Positions 39,528 through 50,805 of a stretch of 64,000 bases of DNA are shown one piece after another. The first letter of the stretch is position 1; every line of letters starts with the position of its first letter. Made by a program: the position numbers and the translations under genes. The stretch is from SAR202 cluster bacterium (GTDB taxonomy: Bacteria; Chloroflexota; Dehalococcoidia; Lucifugimonadales; UBA2962): contig VFGV01000004.1 in the NCBI GenBank assembly GCA_009392275.1, positions 290-64,289 of the forward strand, in the 5' to 3' direction. Below the pieces are notes generated by a model. That model was not told the DNA's origin and ran no database searches. It worked only from the letters and a program-made list of their open reading frames with translations.

Positions 39528-40616
39528 CTAATTACCTTGTGGCCTTTTTTTTGTTTTTAATATATATATAAAAAACGGTGCACCAAAAAATGCTGTTATT
39601 ATTCCAACAGGTAGTTCAGTCGGGATAGCGATAACCCTAGCCCCTAAATCAGCTAAAATTAAAAACCCTGCCCCTAATATGGCGGACATAGGAACCAGAT
39701 GTCTATAATCAGATCCCCATATTAAGCGCACAACGTGTGGCCCCACTAATCCCACAAACCCAATTACGCCACTGAATGCAACAGCGGAAGCAGTAACTAG
39801 CGATGCCGCTAACAGGATAATTGTTTTTGTTCGATTAACATTTACGCCTAATGTCTGTGCGTGCAAATCATTTAATTGGAGAACATTCAACAGTCTAGAG
39901 TATATAACTAAACCTATCATTGGAGGCAAAACATACGGTAATAAAATGAAAACATCAACCCAACGCGATCCAGAAAATCCACCTAATAACCAACTCATTA
40001 GTGGTCTTAAATTAGGATCACTTTTAATCATTAATAAACTAGTAATTGCTCCAGCTAGAGAAGAAACAGCAACACCGGCAAGTATCAAGGTTGATATTCC
40101 TATCTGACCTTGGCAACGTCCTATAAAATAGGCCAATGTAACTGCAGCGATGGATCCAACAAACGCCGCGACAGGCAGTAATCCACCACCAAGCGCCAAT
40201 AAAGGTAATCCTGTTAAAAATACAATAGCGGCTCCCAAGCCAGCCCCACTAGCAGATCCAATAAGATACGGGTCCGCTAAAGGGTTACGAAATACGCCTT
40301 GATATGCAGCCCCGCTTATTGATAAAGCCGCACCTACTATACCGGCAAGGATTATTCTAGGAAAACGTAAATTAACTAAAATACTTTCTGAAACTTCTGG
40401 CCAATTAGTTTTTACTTTTATCCCTATGATCTTATTAATCACGATAGCTAATGTATCAGATAACGGTATATAGACCGCTCCTATGCTGGAAGCAATAATA
40501 CAGATAGCCAAAATAACAACCAAGCCAACAACTATTCGGCGCGCTATCCGAATATAGATTGTACGATTTTTATTACTATAACTTAACTTTTGATTCGAAC
40601 AAGTATCATAAACCAT
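39528..40616 (-). CDS. FecCD/BtuC-family ABC permease
   Basis: 362 aa, about 10 TM. RFPRIILAGIVGAALSISGAAYQGVFRNPLADP motif. Confidence 0.9.
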   Translation of the reverse strand: MVYDTCSNQKLSYSNKNRTIYIRIARRIVVGLVVILAICIIASSIGAVYIPLSDTLAIVINKIIGIKVKTNWPEVSESILVNLRFPRIILAGIVGAALSISGAAYQGVFRNPLADPYLIGSASGAGLGAAIVFLTGLPLLALGGGLLPVAAFVGSIAAVTLAYFIGRCQGQIGISTLILAGVAVSSLAGAITSLLMIKSDPNLRPLMSWLLGGFSGSRWVDVFILLPYVLPPMIGLVIYSRLLNVLQLNDLHAQTLGVNVNRTKTIILLAASLVTASAVAFSGVIGFVGLVGPHVVRLIWGSDYRHLVPMSAILGAGFLILADLGARVIAIPTELPVGIITAFFGAPFFIYILKTKKRPQGN

Positions 40617-40623
40617 AAAATTT

Positions 40624-41571
40624 TTAATTAAATTTTTCCGGGTAAATTAATTGAGCTAAGTTTTCTACTCCTGCTATAAATCTAGGACCAGCCACACTCA
40701 ATGGGCTTCCATTTAAAGTGTAAATCTTTCCGTCTTGAATAGCAGTCAATCTTTCAAACACGGGGTCACCTTCTATCGTGGAATACTCTGTCTTTATTAT
40801 CACCTCGGGATTCCTTTCGATAAGAACTTCGGGACTTAGCTGCTCGAACCCGTTAACATCGAAGGCAATGTTTTCAAGCTTCAGCAAAGTCATCGCCTCT
40901 CCTATTAAGGTATCAGGACCTGGAGTCCAAAGATCTCCTTCGTCTCTAAACACTTTTGGTCCATACTCCAAATCTGACAACTTATCCTTAATAGTTTCGA
41001 CCCGATCTGTGAAATCCATAGACAGTGCCTTGGCTCCATCTATATTTCCTGTTATTCGACCCCACATCATAAAATCCTCAACGGTATCTTCCAGTCCGCT
41101 ATTGCGATTTGGAACGTAAAGAACTTTAATACCCGCTCCTTGCAAATCATTTAAAAAAGTTGGGGAAAATAAAAACACTAAGTCAGGCTTTAAAGATAAA
41201 ATCGTTTCTACATTTATTTCGAACGCACTACCTAACCTCTTTATACTATTCGCTTCTTCAGGATATTCAACAAAATCGTGAGTACCTACTATTCTTGAAC
41301 CCTCTCCTAAAGCAAACAATATCTCTACAGCTGCTGAATCATACGCCACTATTCTCTCGGGCGGAGAATTAAAAATAACCTCATTACCAAGGCCATCTAA
41401 GACGCTGAAAGCTTCAAATTGGACTGGTAAGTCCTTATCATTATCTGAACCTACTTCAGGTCCAATATCTGTACATCCAATTGAAACTAAAATTAAGAAA
41501 AAATAAACAGCTAAACAAGCACTGATAATTATTTGACTATAATTTTTATAATATAAATTAAACTTGAACAT
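40624..41571 (-). CDS. ABC substrate-binding lipoprotein, BtuF/FhuD (cluster A/type 8) family
   Basis: 315 aa. Signal peptide with lipobox (LVSIGC). The PDLVF motif and its position upstream of the FecCD permease support the call. Confidence 0.85.
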   Translation of the reverse strand: MFKFNLYYKNYSQIIISACLAVYFFLILVSIGCTDIGPEVGSDNDKDLPVQFEAFSVLDGLGNEVIFNSPPERIVAYDSAAVEILFALGEGSRIVGTHDFVEYPEEANSIKRLGSAFEINVETILSLKPDLVFLFSPTFLNDLQGAGIKVLYVPNRNSGLEDTVEDFMMWGRITGNIDGAKALSMDFTDRVETIKDKLSDLEYGPKVFRDEGDLWTPGPDTLIGEAMTLLKLENIAFDVNGFEQLSPEVLIERNPEVIIKTEYSTIEGDPVFERLTAIQDGKIYTLNGSPLSVAGPRFIAGVENLAQLIYPEKFN

Positions 41572-41627
41572 AATACCTATAAAGGTTTACTCCTTTTGAA
41601 AAAAGTTAACTCGAGGCATACGCTCAG

Positions 41628-41670
41628 CTAAAAAATCAAAAGGCCCCACTAAGAGAAATTAGAGGGGCCT
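41628..41670 (-). terminator. intrinsic terminator forming the expression platform of the cobalamin riboswitch
   Basis: Minus-strand reading is AGGCCCC-tctaatttctcttagt-GGGGCCT followed by TTTGATTTTTT. It lies between the aptamer and the SD (AAAGGAG) of the binding-protein gene. Confidence 0.7.
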
Positions 41671-41729
41671 AAAATAATGCTTATTTTTAGTGCCTGTAAC
41701 TTTAACCTCGAAGAACAAAAACACTTAAC

Positions 41730-41850
41730 TAAAGTGGTCGATCGGACTTGCCTTGAACTTGCCATGGCCTACCGCTGCGGGACAGTGCCGGAATTTGACC
41801 GGCTTCCTTATTAATACCAATGACCTTCTTGTACCCTGAAGGATCATTTT
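41730..41850 (-). promoter_or_regulatory. cobalamin (adenosylcobalamin/B12) riboswitch aptamer
   Basis: Minus-strand reading is ...TTGGTATTAATAAGGAAGCCGGTCAAATTCCGGCACTGTCCCGCAGCGGTAGG...GGCAAGTCCGATCGACCA. This matches the conserved GGAAxCCGGTxAAxxCCGG...CCCGC core and a B12-box-like AGTCCGAxxGACC. It is upstream of a BtuFCD-type operon. Confidence 0.8.
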
Positions 41851-42062
41851 TTACTTTAATTATCTGATTAAATTGTAAATTTTTACACGCTACATCAACG
41901 GCGCGTTGGGTCGATATTAATATACCGTAACCAACGAGTCAACACACCCCTAACATAAGCCGTAAGGCAAAGGAATGTGAAAAACATCTAAATTGTTTGA
42001 AAATATTCTGAGAAAAAGGTAAAATTCGTATGAAACATATGGGTTAATTTCTGGAGCACTCT

Positions 42063-44036
42063 ATGACAAATCGCAACACTAGCGGAAAAGGTAAATCAAG
42101 CAGCGACTACACATCTGCAGATATACAAGTACTTGAAGGCATGGAGGCCGTCAGAAAACGGCCTGGCATGTATATTGGAAGCACTGACCAAAGAGGCTTA
42201 CACCACCTGATTTATGAGATTGTTGACAATGCTGTTGATGAGTTTATGGCCAAAAAGCCTAACGGCAAACCAAATTGCACGACAATAGAAATACATATAG
42301 ATGCAGAGGGTAAGGTCAGCGTTAGTGATGATGGTAGAGGAATCCCCCCTGATAAACATAAAGTTACAGGCCTGTCAACGATCGAAACCGTAATGACAAC
42401 ATTGCACGCTGGAGGCAAATTTGATTCCAAGGCATATGCTGTATCTGGTGGTCTTCATGGTGTAGGCGCATCTGTTGTAAACGCACTTTCAACAGAACTA
42501 ACAGTAGAAGTCAAACGTGAGGCAAAACTTTACAGACAGTCTTTTTCAAAGGGTAAAAGACTGTCTGATCTTGAAGTTTCAAATGGATTTGATGAAACCG
42601 AACATGGAACAACAATATCCTTCATTCCAGACAAGGCAATTTTTGGAACGTCAGCTTTCGAATTCGATATTCTTGCACAAAGATTTAAAGAGATGGCTTA
42701 CCTCAATGAAGGATTACATATCATTTTCACTAGTGACTTACATGCAGATTTGATAGACGGGCAAAAAAAGGTTGATTATCAATTTCAAGGCGGTATTGCT
42801 CAATTCGTTGAAGATTTAACCGGCGGTCGCGCTCGTTTGCATCCAGAGCCAATTAAGGTGTCTAAAAATATCGAGGGCACTATTGTAGAGGCCGCGCTGC
42901 AGTATAACGAAAGTTTCACAGAAAACGTACTGTCTTTTGCAAACTGTATTAATACTATCGATGGTGGAACACATTTAACTGGCTTGCGGTCTGCTCTAAC
43001 TAGAATTATGAACGATTACGGCAGAAAACATAATGTAATTAAAGAAAATGAGGCCAATCTAGCAGGAGAAGATACTAGGGAGGGATTAGCTGCCGTTATC
43101 AGTGTCAAATTGCAAGATCCGCAATTTGAAGGGCAGACTAAAGGTAAACTAGGCAATCCAGAAATACGTGCCCAAGTTGAAAGTGCTTTGGCAGAAGAGG
43201 TTTCAATATGGCTTGGAGAAAATCCTAAAGAAGCTCGTCGAATTATTGAAAAGTCTATTACATCACAAAGGGCTCGCGAGGCGGCGCGTAAGGCTCGTGA
43301 TTTAATTATCCGTAAAAACGCGATGGATGGAGGAGCATTACCTGGTAAATTAGCTGATTGTTCTGATAGGAATCCTGAAAATTGTGAACTTTATATAGTT
43401 GAGGGTGATTCTGCTGGCGGCACAGCAAAAATGGGAAGAGATCGAAACACACAGGCAATTTTACCTCTCAAAGGTAAAATACTGAATGTTGAAAAAGCAC
43501 GAGCAGACAAAATGCTGGCGCATGAAGAAATCAGACATATCATAATTGCGGTGGGTGCAGGAATGGATGAGGAATTTGACTTGTCTAAGTTACGATACCA
43601 TCGAATTATTATTATGACAGATGCAGACGTTGATGGTTCGCATATAAGAACACTTTTATTGACTTTCTTTTTCAGGCATATGCCACAGTTAATAGAAAAT
43701 GGGCATTTATATATTGCCCAGCCTCCCCTATATAAAATTGGGTCTGGAAAATCAGCCGTTTTTGCCTACAGTGAAGGTGAAAGGGAAGGGATAATGCTTC
43801 AGTTAAAAGGCAAGCGTAACTTAAATCTCCAGAGATATAAGGGATTAGGAGAGATGAATGCCGAACAACTCTGGGAAACAACAATGAACCCGGATGCCAG
43901 AACCTTGCTGCAAGTATCTGTAGAGGATGCTTTTGAGGCTGATCGTGTGTTTACTTTGCTAATGGGCGATATGGTAGCTCCTAGACGTGAGTTTATTGAA
44001 ACCAACGCATTAGATGTGAAAAACCTAGATGTATAG
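42063..44036 (+). CDS. gyrB: DNA gyrase subunit B
   Basis: 657 aa. YTSADIQVLEGMEAVRKRPGMYIGS, the GHKL ATPase, TOPRIM (EGDSAGG) and PLRGKILNVE-type motifs. Confidence 0.97.
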   Translation: MTNRNTSGKGKSSSDYTSADIQVLEGMEAVRKRPGMYIGSTDQRGLHHLIYEIVDNAVDEFMAKKPNGKPNCTTIEIHIDAEGKVSVSDDGRGIPPDKHKVTGLSTIETVMTTLHAGGKFDSKAYAVSGGLHGVGASVVNALSTELTVEVKREAKLYRQSFSKGKRLSDLEVSNGFDETEHGTTISFIPDKAIFGTSAFEFDILAQRFKEMAYLNEGLHIIFTSDLHADLIDGQKKVDYQFQGGIAQFVEDLTGGRARLHPEPIKVSKNIEGTIVEAALQYNESFTENVLSFANCINTIDGGTHLTGLRSALTRIMNDYGRKHNVIKENEANLAGEDTREGLAAVISVKLQDPQFEGQTKGKLGNPEIRAQVESALAEEVSIWLGENPKEARRIIEKSITSQRAREAARKARDLIIRKNAMDGGALPGKLADCSDRNPENCELYIVEGDSAGGTAKMGRDRNTQAILPLKGKILNVEKARADKMLAHEEIRHIIIAVGAGMDEEFDLSKLRYHRIIIMTDADVDGSHIRTLLLTFFFRHMPQLIENGHLYIAQPPLYKIGSGKSAVFAYSEGEREGIMLQLKGKRNLNLQRYKGLGEMNAEQLWETTMNPDARTLLQVSVEDAFEADRVFTLLMGDMVAPRREFIETNALDVKNLDV

Positions 44037-44207
44037 CATCGTATAAATTTTAATCATAGCCATATAAATGCAAGGCGTCACACTCGACATTTTATCTCTT
44101 ATTTGTTGATTGAACGTATTTAACGCTAATAGCCTCTTAGACAAAGGATTGCTTTGTAGGCAGATGTAAAGGTATTCTGACATAATACTTCTATCTGGAA
44201 TGCTAAC

Positions 44208-45131
44208 TTGATCTCCGAAACTTTATACAACAAATTTTTATCCGATTATCCGTTTCTAACAGCTATCGGCAACACTCCAACGGTACCATTAAAACTGCCA
44301 AAATATAGCGGGACCTCTGATATTTATGTGAAATTGGAAAACGTAAATCCTGGTGGTTCAATCAAAGATCGTCCTGTTCTGAGAATGATAGCTAGTGCAA
44401 TTATTGATGGTAAATTAGATCAGTCTAAAACCATTTTGGATTCAACATCAGGCAATGCAGGGATTGCATATGCAATGATAGGGGCAGCTACTGGTCATAA
44501 AGTTGAACTAGTAATGCCAGGTAATGCTAGCGAGGAAAGAAAAAAGCGTATATCTGCACATGGAGCAGCAATCATAGAAACGGATCCCTTATTAGGTTAT
44601 GACGAAGCAATGAGGGAAGCTAAAAGAAGATATCAAGCTAATCCAGATACTTATTTCTATTGTAATCAGTACGCAAACGATAACAACTGGCGTGCACATT
44701 ATGAAACAACTGGCTCTGAGATCCTACATCAAGTGCCAGGAATTACGCATTTTGTTGCCGGGGTAGGAACAGGAGGCACTATCACAGGAGTGGGTAGAAG
44801 GCTTAAGCAGCACAATAAAAACATACAAGTAATATGTATAGAACCAGAAGATTGGAGAGGCATTGAAGGGTTAAAACCTCTTGATGAAGATAACATCGTA
44901 CCGGAAATCTTAGACGAAACTGTAATTGATGAGAAAATGCCCATTAATCTTGATGTGGGAATTGACATGGCGAATTTTGTAGCCACACAAGGTATCTTTG
45001 TAGGGCAGTCCTCCGGTGCTTATTTGGTCGCAGCTAATGAAATAGCAAAAAGAGAACGTAAAGCTGTGATTGTGACTATATTCAATGATCTGGGAGAACG
45101 ATATTTCAGCACTGGAATGTGGAATCGATAA
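44208..45131 (+). CDS. cysteine synthase (O-acetylserine sulfhydrylase family, CysK/CysM type)
   Basis: 307 aa. NPGGSIKDRP (PLP lysine) and SGNAGIAYA motifs. TTG start. Confidence 0.85.
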   Translation: MISETLYNKFLSDYPFLTAIGNTPTVPLKLPKYSGTSDIYVKLENVNPGGSIKDRPVLRMIASAIIDGKLDQSKTILDSTSGNAGIAYAMIGAATGHKVELVMPGNASEERKKRISAHGAAIIETDPLLGYDEAMREAKRRYQANPDTYFYCNQYANDNNWRAHYETTGSEILHQVPGITHFVAGVGTGGTITGVGRRLKQHNKNIQVICIEPEDWRGIEGLKPLDEDNIVPEILDETVIDEKMPINLDVGIDMANFVATQGIFVGQSSGAYLVAANEIAKRERKAVIVTIFNDLGERYFSTGMWNR

Positions 45132-45143
45132 TACGAAAGATAA

Positions 45144-47189
<2,046 letters not shown>

Positions 47190-47215
47190 CAATATTGGAA
47201 TTCGGAGGTTAGAAA

Positions 47216-48433
47216 ATATATTTAAGCCATCTAAAGTTATCTAATTTTCGCAATCTTCAAGACGCCGAATTGTTTTTAGAACCTGGTGTAACAATAATCC
47301 AAGGAAACAATGGAAATGGCAAAAGTAATTTACTTGAAGCCATTTATATTTTGTCAATCGGTAAATCACAAAGAGCTACTAATGACAGAGATTTAGTGAG
47401 ATTTACCACTAAGGATATCAATATCAAAGATGAATCCTTGGGGATTCATACTAAAGTCTTGGCTAATGTCGAAAAATCAAACGAATCTACAAAAATTCAA
47501 TGTGATTTATTTGAAATAGAGCACAACGGTAAAAAAGCAGAACCGCAACAATCTAATAGTATAAATACTTTAAAGCAAAAACATCTTAAGAAGCTGGTTC
47601 GAATTAATGGAATCAAGCGTAAAATATCTGAATTTGTCGGAGAAGTTAACGCAGTTTTATTTACAGTCCAAGATCTAGAACTGATATATGGTAATCCAAA
47701 AACCAGAAGAAGATATCTAGATGTATTGATTTCACAAAATAATCGTGAATACCTTATGGCATTACAGAGGTACCAAAAAACATTACTTCAGAGAAACCAT
47801 TTATTAAGATCAATCAAAATGGGTGTTTCTCAAATGGATGAATTAACTCCGTGGGATCACCACTTAGTCATAGATGGTGGGTTCATTATATATACAAGAT
47901 TGAATATGATTCAAAAGCTATCTAAATTAAGTTTAGACAAGCATCATTTATTATCACCTTTAAAAGAAAAGTTGAATGTAATTTACATCACAGATGTTCA
48001 AGAACAAGAGTTGTCATGTGATCAATCACATATTTCAAGTTTATTTAAGCAAAAATTGTCAGCTAGCCTGAATGCGGATGTAATCAAAGGTTTTACAACT
48101 GTTGGGCCTCATAGAGATGATTTTAAAATAACTATCGATGACATGGACTGTTCAAGATTTGCTTCAAGAGGACAAGGAAGGACAGCAACTTTGTCATTAA
48201 AGTTAGCTGAGGCAGAATATTTATCTGATGCACGCGGCGAGAATCCACTTATTTTACTGGATGACGTGTTTTCAGAATTGGACTCAGTTCGAAGAGATAT
48301 GGTTTGGCGCTTAGTTTCGCAATATGAGCAATCTCTGATTACGACATCTGATATAAAAGACATACCTAACAATAGCAATCATGATATGAAAATGTTTCAG
48401 ATTGTAAAAGGAAACATTAATCCAATCAATTGA
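47216..48433 (+). CDS. recF: DNA replication/repair protein RecF (apparent ATA start)
   Basis: The track starts at TTG 47270, but the frame is open from 47213. It encodes (I)YLSHLKLSNFRNLQDAE..., the conserved RecF N-terminus. From codon 47216 the Walker A GNNGNGKS falls at residues 30-37, as in E. coli RecF. GGAGG at 47204-47208 lies 7 nt upstream of ATA 47216. Confidence 0.85.
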   Translation: MYLSHLKLSNFRNLQDAELFLEPGVTIIQGNNGNGKSNLLEAIYILSIGKSQRATNDRDLVRFTTKDINIKDESLGIHTKVLANVEKSNESTKIQCDLFEIEHNGKKAEPQQSNSINTLKQKHLKKLVRINGIKRKISEFVGEVNAVLFTVQDLELIYGNPKTRRRYLDVLISQNNREYLMALQRYQKTLLQRNHLLRSIKMGVSQMDELTPWDHHLVIDGGFIIYTRLNMIQKLSKLSLDKHHLLSPLKEKLNVIYITDVQEQELSCDQSHISSLFKQKLSASLNADVIKGFTTVGPHRDDFKITIDDMDCSRFASRGQGRTATLSLKLAEAEYLSDARGENPLILLDDVFSELDSVRRDMVWRLVSQYEQSLITTSDIKDIPNNSNHDMKMFQIVKGNINPIN

Positions 48434-48459
48434 GTAAATTATCAATACTCATATAAAAG

Positions 48460-49221
48460 TTAGCGCGCGGTAATACCGCCATCAATTACAAATTCAGAGC
48501 CTGTCATATAGCTCGATTCATCAGATGCAAGGTATAGAATTCCGTACTTGATATCATCCACTGTACCTAATCGTCCCACGGGAGTCTGATTAATTAATTC
48601 ACCACGCACTTGTGGATCAGATAAAAGCAAAGCCGCCTGGGGAGTATCTATGAAGCCAGGATGAACAGAATTCACTCTAATTTTGTCTTGTGAATATTGG
48701 ACTGCAGCAGCTTTGGTAAAAATGCGAACAGCTCCTTTGGAGGCAGTGTATGATGCACCTCTTGTCGTACCTACCAGGCCATAAACAGATGAAATGTTAA
48801 TAATGGAACCACCACCAGTATGCTTCATATATCGAGCAGCGTACTTTGTTCCTAAAAAAACCCCTGTAGCATTTATAGCAATTGTTTTGTCCCAATCATT
48901 AACGGGATAGTCTTCAACTTTCAAGTCCATAGGAGCTCCACCAATACCAGCGTTATTAACCAATACATCAACATGTCCATGTTCTTGAAATATTTTGCTT
49001 AAAACACTGTTCCATTGTTGCTCATCTCTAACGTCTAGATGGCAATATTTAGCTTTAGCTCCGGATTGAACTATTTCTTCGGTCAGACCTTCTCCCATAT
49101 TATCTTGAATGTCACACAAATATACGATTGCATTTTCATCTGCAAAAAGCTGAGCGGTGGCTGCACCAATACCGCTTGATGCGCCAGTAATAATTGTTAC
49201 TTTATTTTGTAATCTATTCAT
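48460..49221 (-). CDS. SDR-family oxidoreductase
   Basis: 253 aa. TGASSGIG, NNAG and YTASK motifs. Confidence 0.9.
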   Translation of the reverse strand: MNRLQNKVTIITGASSGIGAATAQLFADENAIVYLCDIQDNMGEGLTEEIVQSGAKAKYCHLDVRDEQQWNSVLSKIFQEHGHVDVLVNNAGIGGAPMDLKVEDYPVNDWDKTIAINATGVFLGTKYAARYMKHTGGGSIINISSVYGLVGTTRGASYTASKGAVRIFTKAAAVQYSQDKIRVNSVHPGFIDTPQAALLLSDPQVRGELINQTPVGRLGTVDDIKYGILYLASDESSYMTGSEFVIDGGITAR

Positions 49222-49490
49222 CAGGATGAGTGTAAGTTTCTAATGTTTTTATGTCAATTTCATTAGTAAAAAGTCCAATTTTATTAAAGAATACACCATC
49301 AATATTGGAAAATTTGTAAAAACATTAAATTTTAGACTTAGTAAAGATCTTCTTTTTTAGAATTTTTGCGTAGATCAGTCTACACAGTCGTTAAAACGCT
49401 AAAAACTTTTGAATTTTACATCTAAATAATGCATTTCCAATGCAAAATTAGGGTGATTCTTTTGGGAGATTGGTGGAGTTTATGCTAAAA

Positions 49491-49582
49491 TAACCCCGTG
49501 CGCGCCTATGCGTAGGTGCTCTCATATGATACCGTTTCGTGATCGACATGGCGTCATATTGGTATGTCGAAACAGGGGGTTT
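49491..49582 (+). promoter_or_regulatory. candidate structured 5' leader (three-way junction) sequestering the SD of the downstream secreted-protein gene
   Basis: GC-rich island in AT-rich spacer. AACCCC (49492-97) can pair with GGGGTT (49576-81). It encloses hairpin GCGCCTA-tgcg-TAGGTGC (49502-19) and hairpin TCGACAT-14 nt-ATGTCGA (49543-70). The GGGGG is the only SD-like element before ATG 49591. Confidence 0.3.
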
Positions 49583-50715
49583 TTAGCAATATGTCCATAA
49601 ATAGAACTGCGACCAAGGTCGCGGTTTTCCTAGCCCTAGTAATGAGTTTGGTCTTTACGACCAGCATAGCCGTTGCTCAAGAGGCATCAAGTGTGCCTTC
49701 AAGGACTGCTGTAATTTCAGACACTAATTTGCCTGGAGATACACTGACCATAGCGATGGAGCAAGTAGCTGCACAAGAGGCTGGAAAACAATTAGAAGGC
49801 TGGCTTATCAGTGATGATGGTTCTACATTATTAAATATCGGGGTTTTAAGCATAGAGGGTGGTGAAATAAACCACACATATGTTTCGAAAACCGGTGAGA
49901 ATCTTATAGCCGGATACAATAAATTCGTCATAACCGTTGAGCCATCTGGCATACCAGATGCAGAAAGCTCAGGGGTATATGCTTACAGTCACCGAGTTCC
50001 CCTAGACGTGATTACTCATGTTCGTCATTTACTTGTTGAATGGCCTAGTGGCTCTGAAACTGGAGTGATAGCTGACTTAAAAAGTTCCATATCTTCGGCA
50101 TTAGCACACGTCAACAATGCAATGGATGCAAGCACATTAGATGACGTGATCAGTAATGCTAATAGTGCTAAAGATGCAATCAGTTCTGTACTAACAAATT
50201 CCGCTAGCCTTGATCATGCAGCATATGCTGCAGCAGAGGCGCCAAGCGATGCTACAGTGTCAGAAAACGCAGCAAATGTAGCAGCAGTACAGGCTAACAT
50301 CAACGCGTGGGCGACTGCAGCTTCAGATCAAATTGAAGTTGCTATCAGTAAAACGACCACACAATCTGCCAAAATACAGCTAACTTCTGTTAAGGGCTAT
50401 TTGGAAAGTGCTCAAAGTGGAGTTGATGCAAATGCAGACGGAACTATTACAGCAAGTGCTGATGAAGGTGGAGCTGACCAAGCTTATACGGCAGCTCAAG
50501 CAATTGCAACCTACACGTTAAGTGAAGGTGAACTTTCCGCTGCAGGTGGCGACCTAGGTTTAGGTCTGCCAGGCACAGGTGATGCTTATCTATCATACCT
50601 ATTCAGTTCGCACTCAATGAGTTTAGGGTTGATATTTGCATCCTTAATGATAATTGGCGGAGGAATGTTAGTTATTAGGACTCGGAGAATCACTTCTACT
50701 GAAATAATTAAGTAA
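49564..50715 (+). CDS. secreted alanine-rich surface protein with C-terminal LPXTG-type sorting signal
   Basis: Signal peptide (VAVFLALVMSLVFTTSIAVAQEA). C-terminus is LPGTGD, then a hydrophobic stretch (LGLIFASLMIIGGGMLVI), then RTRR. ATG 49591 (MSINRT...) is a plausible alternative start. Confidence 0.7.
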   Translation: MSKQGVFSNMSINRTATKVAVFLALVMSLVFTTSIAVAQEASSVPSRTAVISDTNLPGDTLTIAMEQVAAQEAGKQLEGWLISDDGSTLLNIGVLSIEGGEINHTYVSKTGENLIAGYNKFVITVEPSGIPDAESSGVYAYSHRVPLDVITHVRHLLVEWPSGSETGVIADLKSSISSALAHVNNAMDASTLDDVISNANSAKDAISSVLTNSASLDHAAYAAAEAPSDATVSENAANVAAVQANINAWATAASDQIEVAISKTTTQSAKIQLTSVKGYLESAQSGVDANADGTITASADEGGADQAYTAAQAIATYTLSEGELSAAGGDLGLGLPGTGDAYLSYLFSSHSMSLGLIFASLMIIGGGMLVIRTRRITSTEIIK

Positions 50716-50753
50716 ATTTAAATTAAGTAGAAATAGACACATTGATTATTTAT

Positions 50754-50788
50754 GAAGGCCCCGCCAAATGGCGGGGCCTTCTATTTTT
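50754..50788 (+). terminator. rho-independent terminator
   Basis: Perfect 12-bp stem GAAGGCCCCGCC-aaat-GGCGGGGCCTTC followed by TATTTTT, 38 nt after the stop of the LPXTG gene. Confidence 0.85.
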
Positions 50789-50805
50789 AAATAGGTATGT
50801 GCAAT

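Noticed and set aside
47216-48433. I considered whether the RecF-like ABC ATPase might belong to a defence system (AAA/ABC ATPase-type modules).
   Set aside because: N-terminal, Walker A and signature regions match housekeeping RecF. It follows ligA and gyrB, with no nuclease or effector partner.
49370-49444. Short inverted repeats in the SDR/LPXTG intergenic region: GTAGAtcagTCTAC at 49370-83 and TGCATttccaATGCA at 49430-44. I considered them as operator sites.
   Set aside because: 5-bp arms are expected by chance in AT-rich DNA. No regulator gene is adjacent. I cannot assess conservation.
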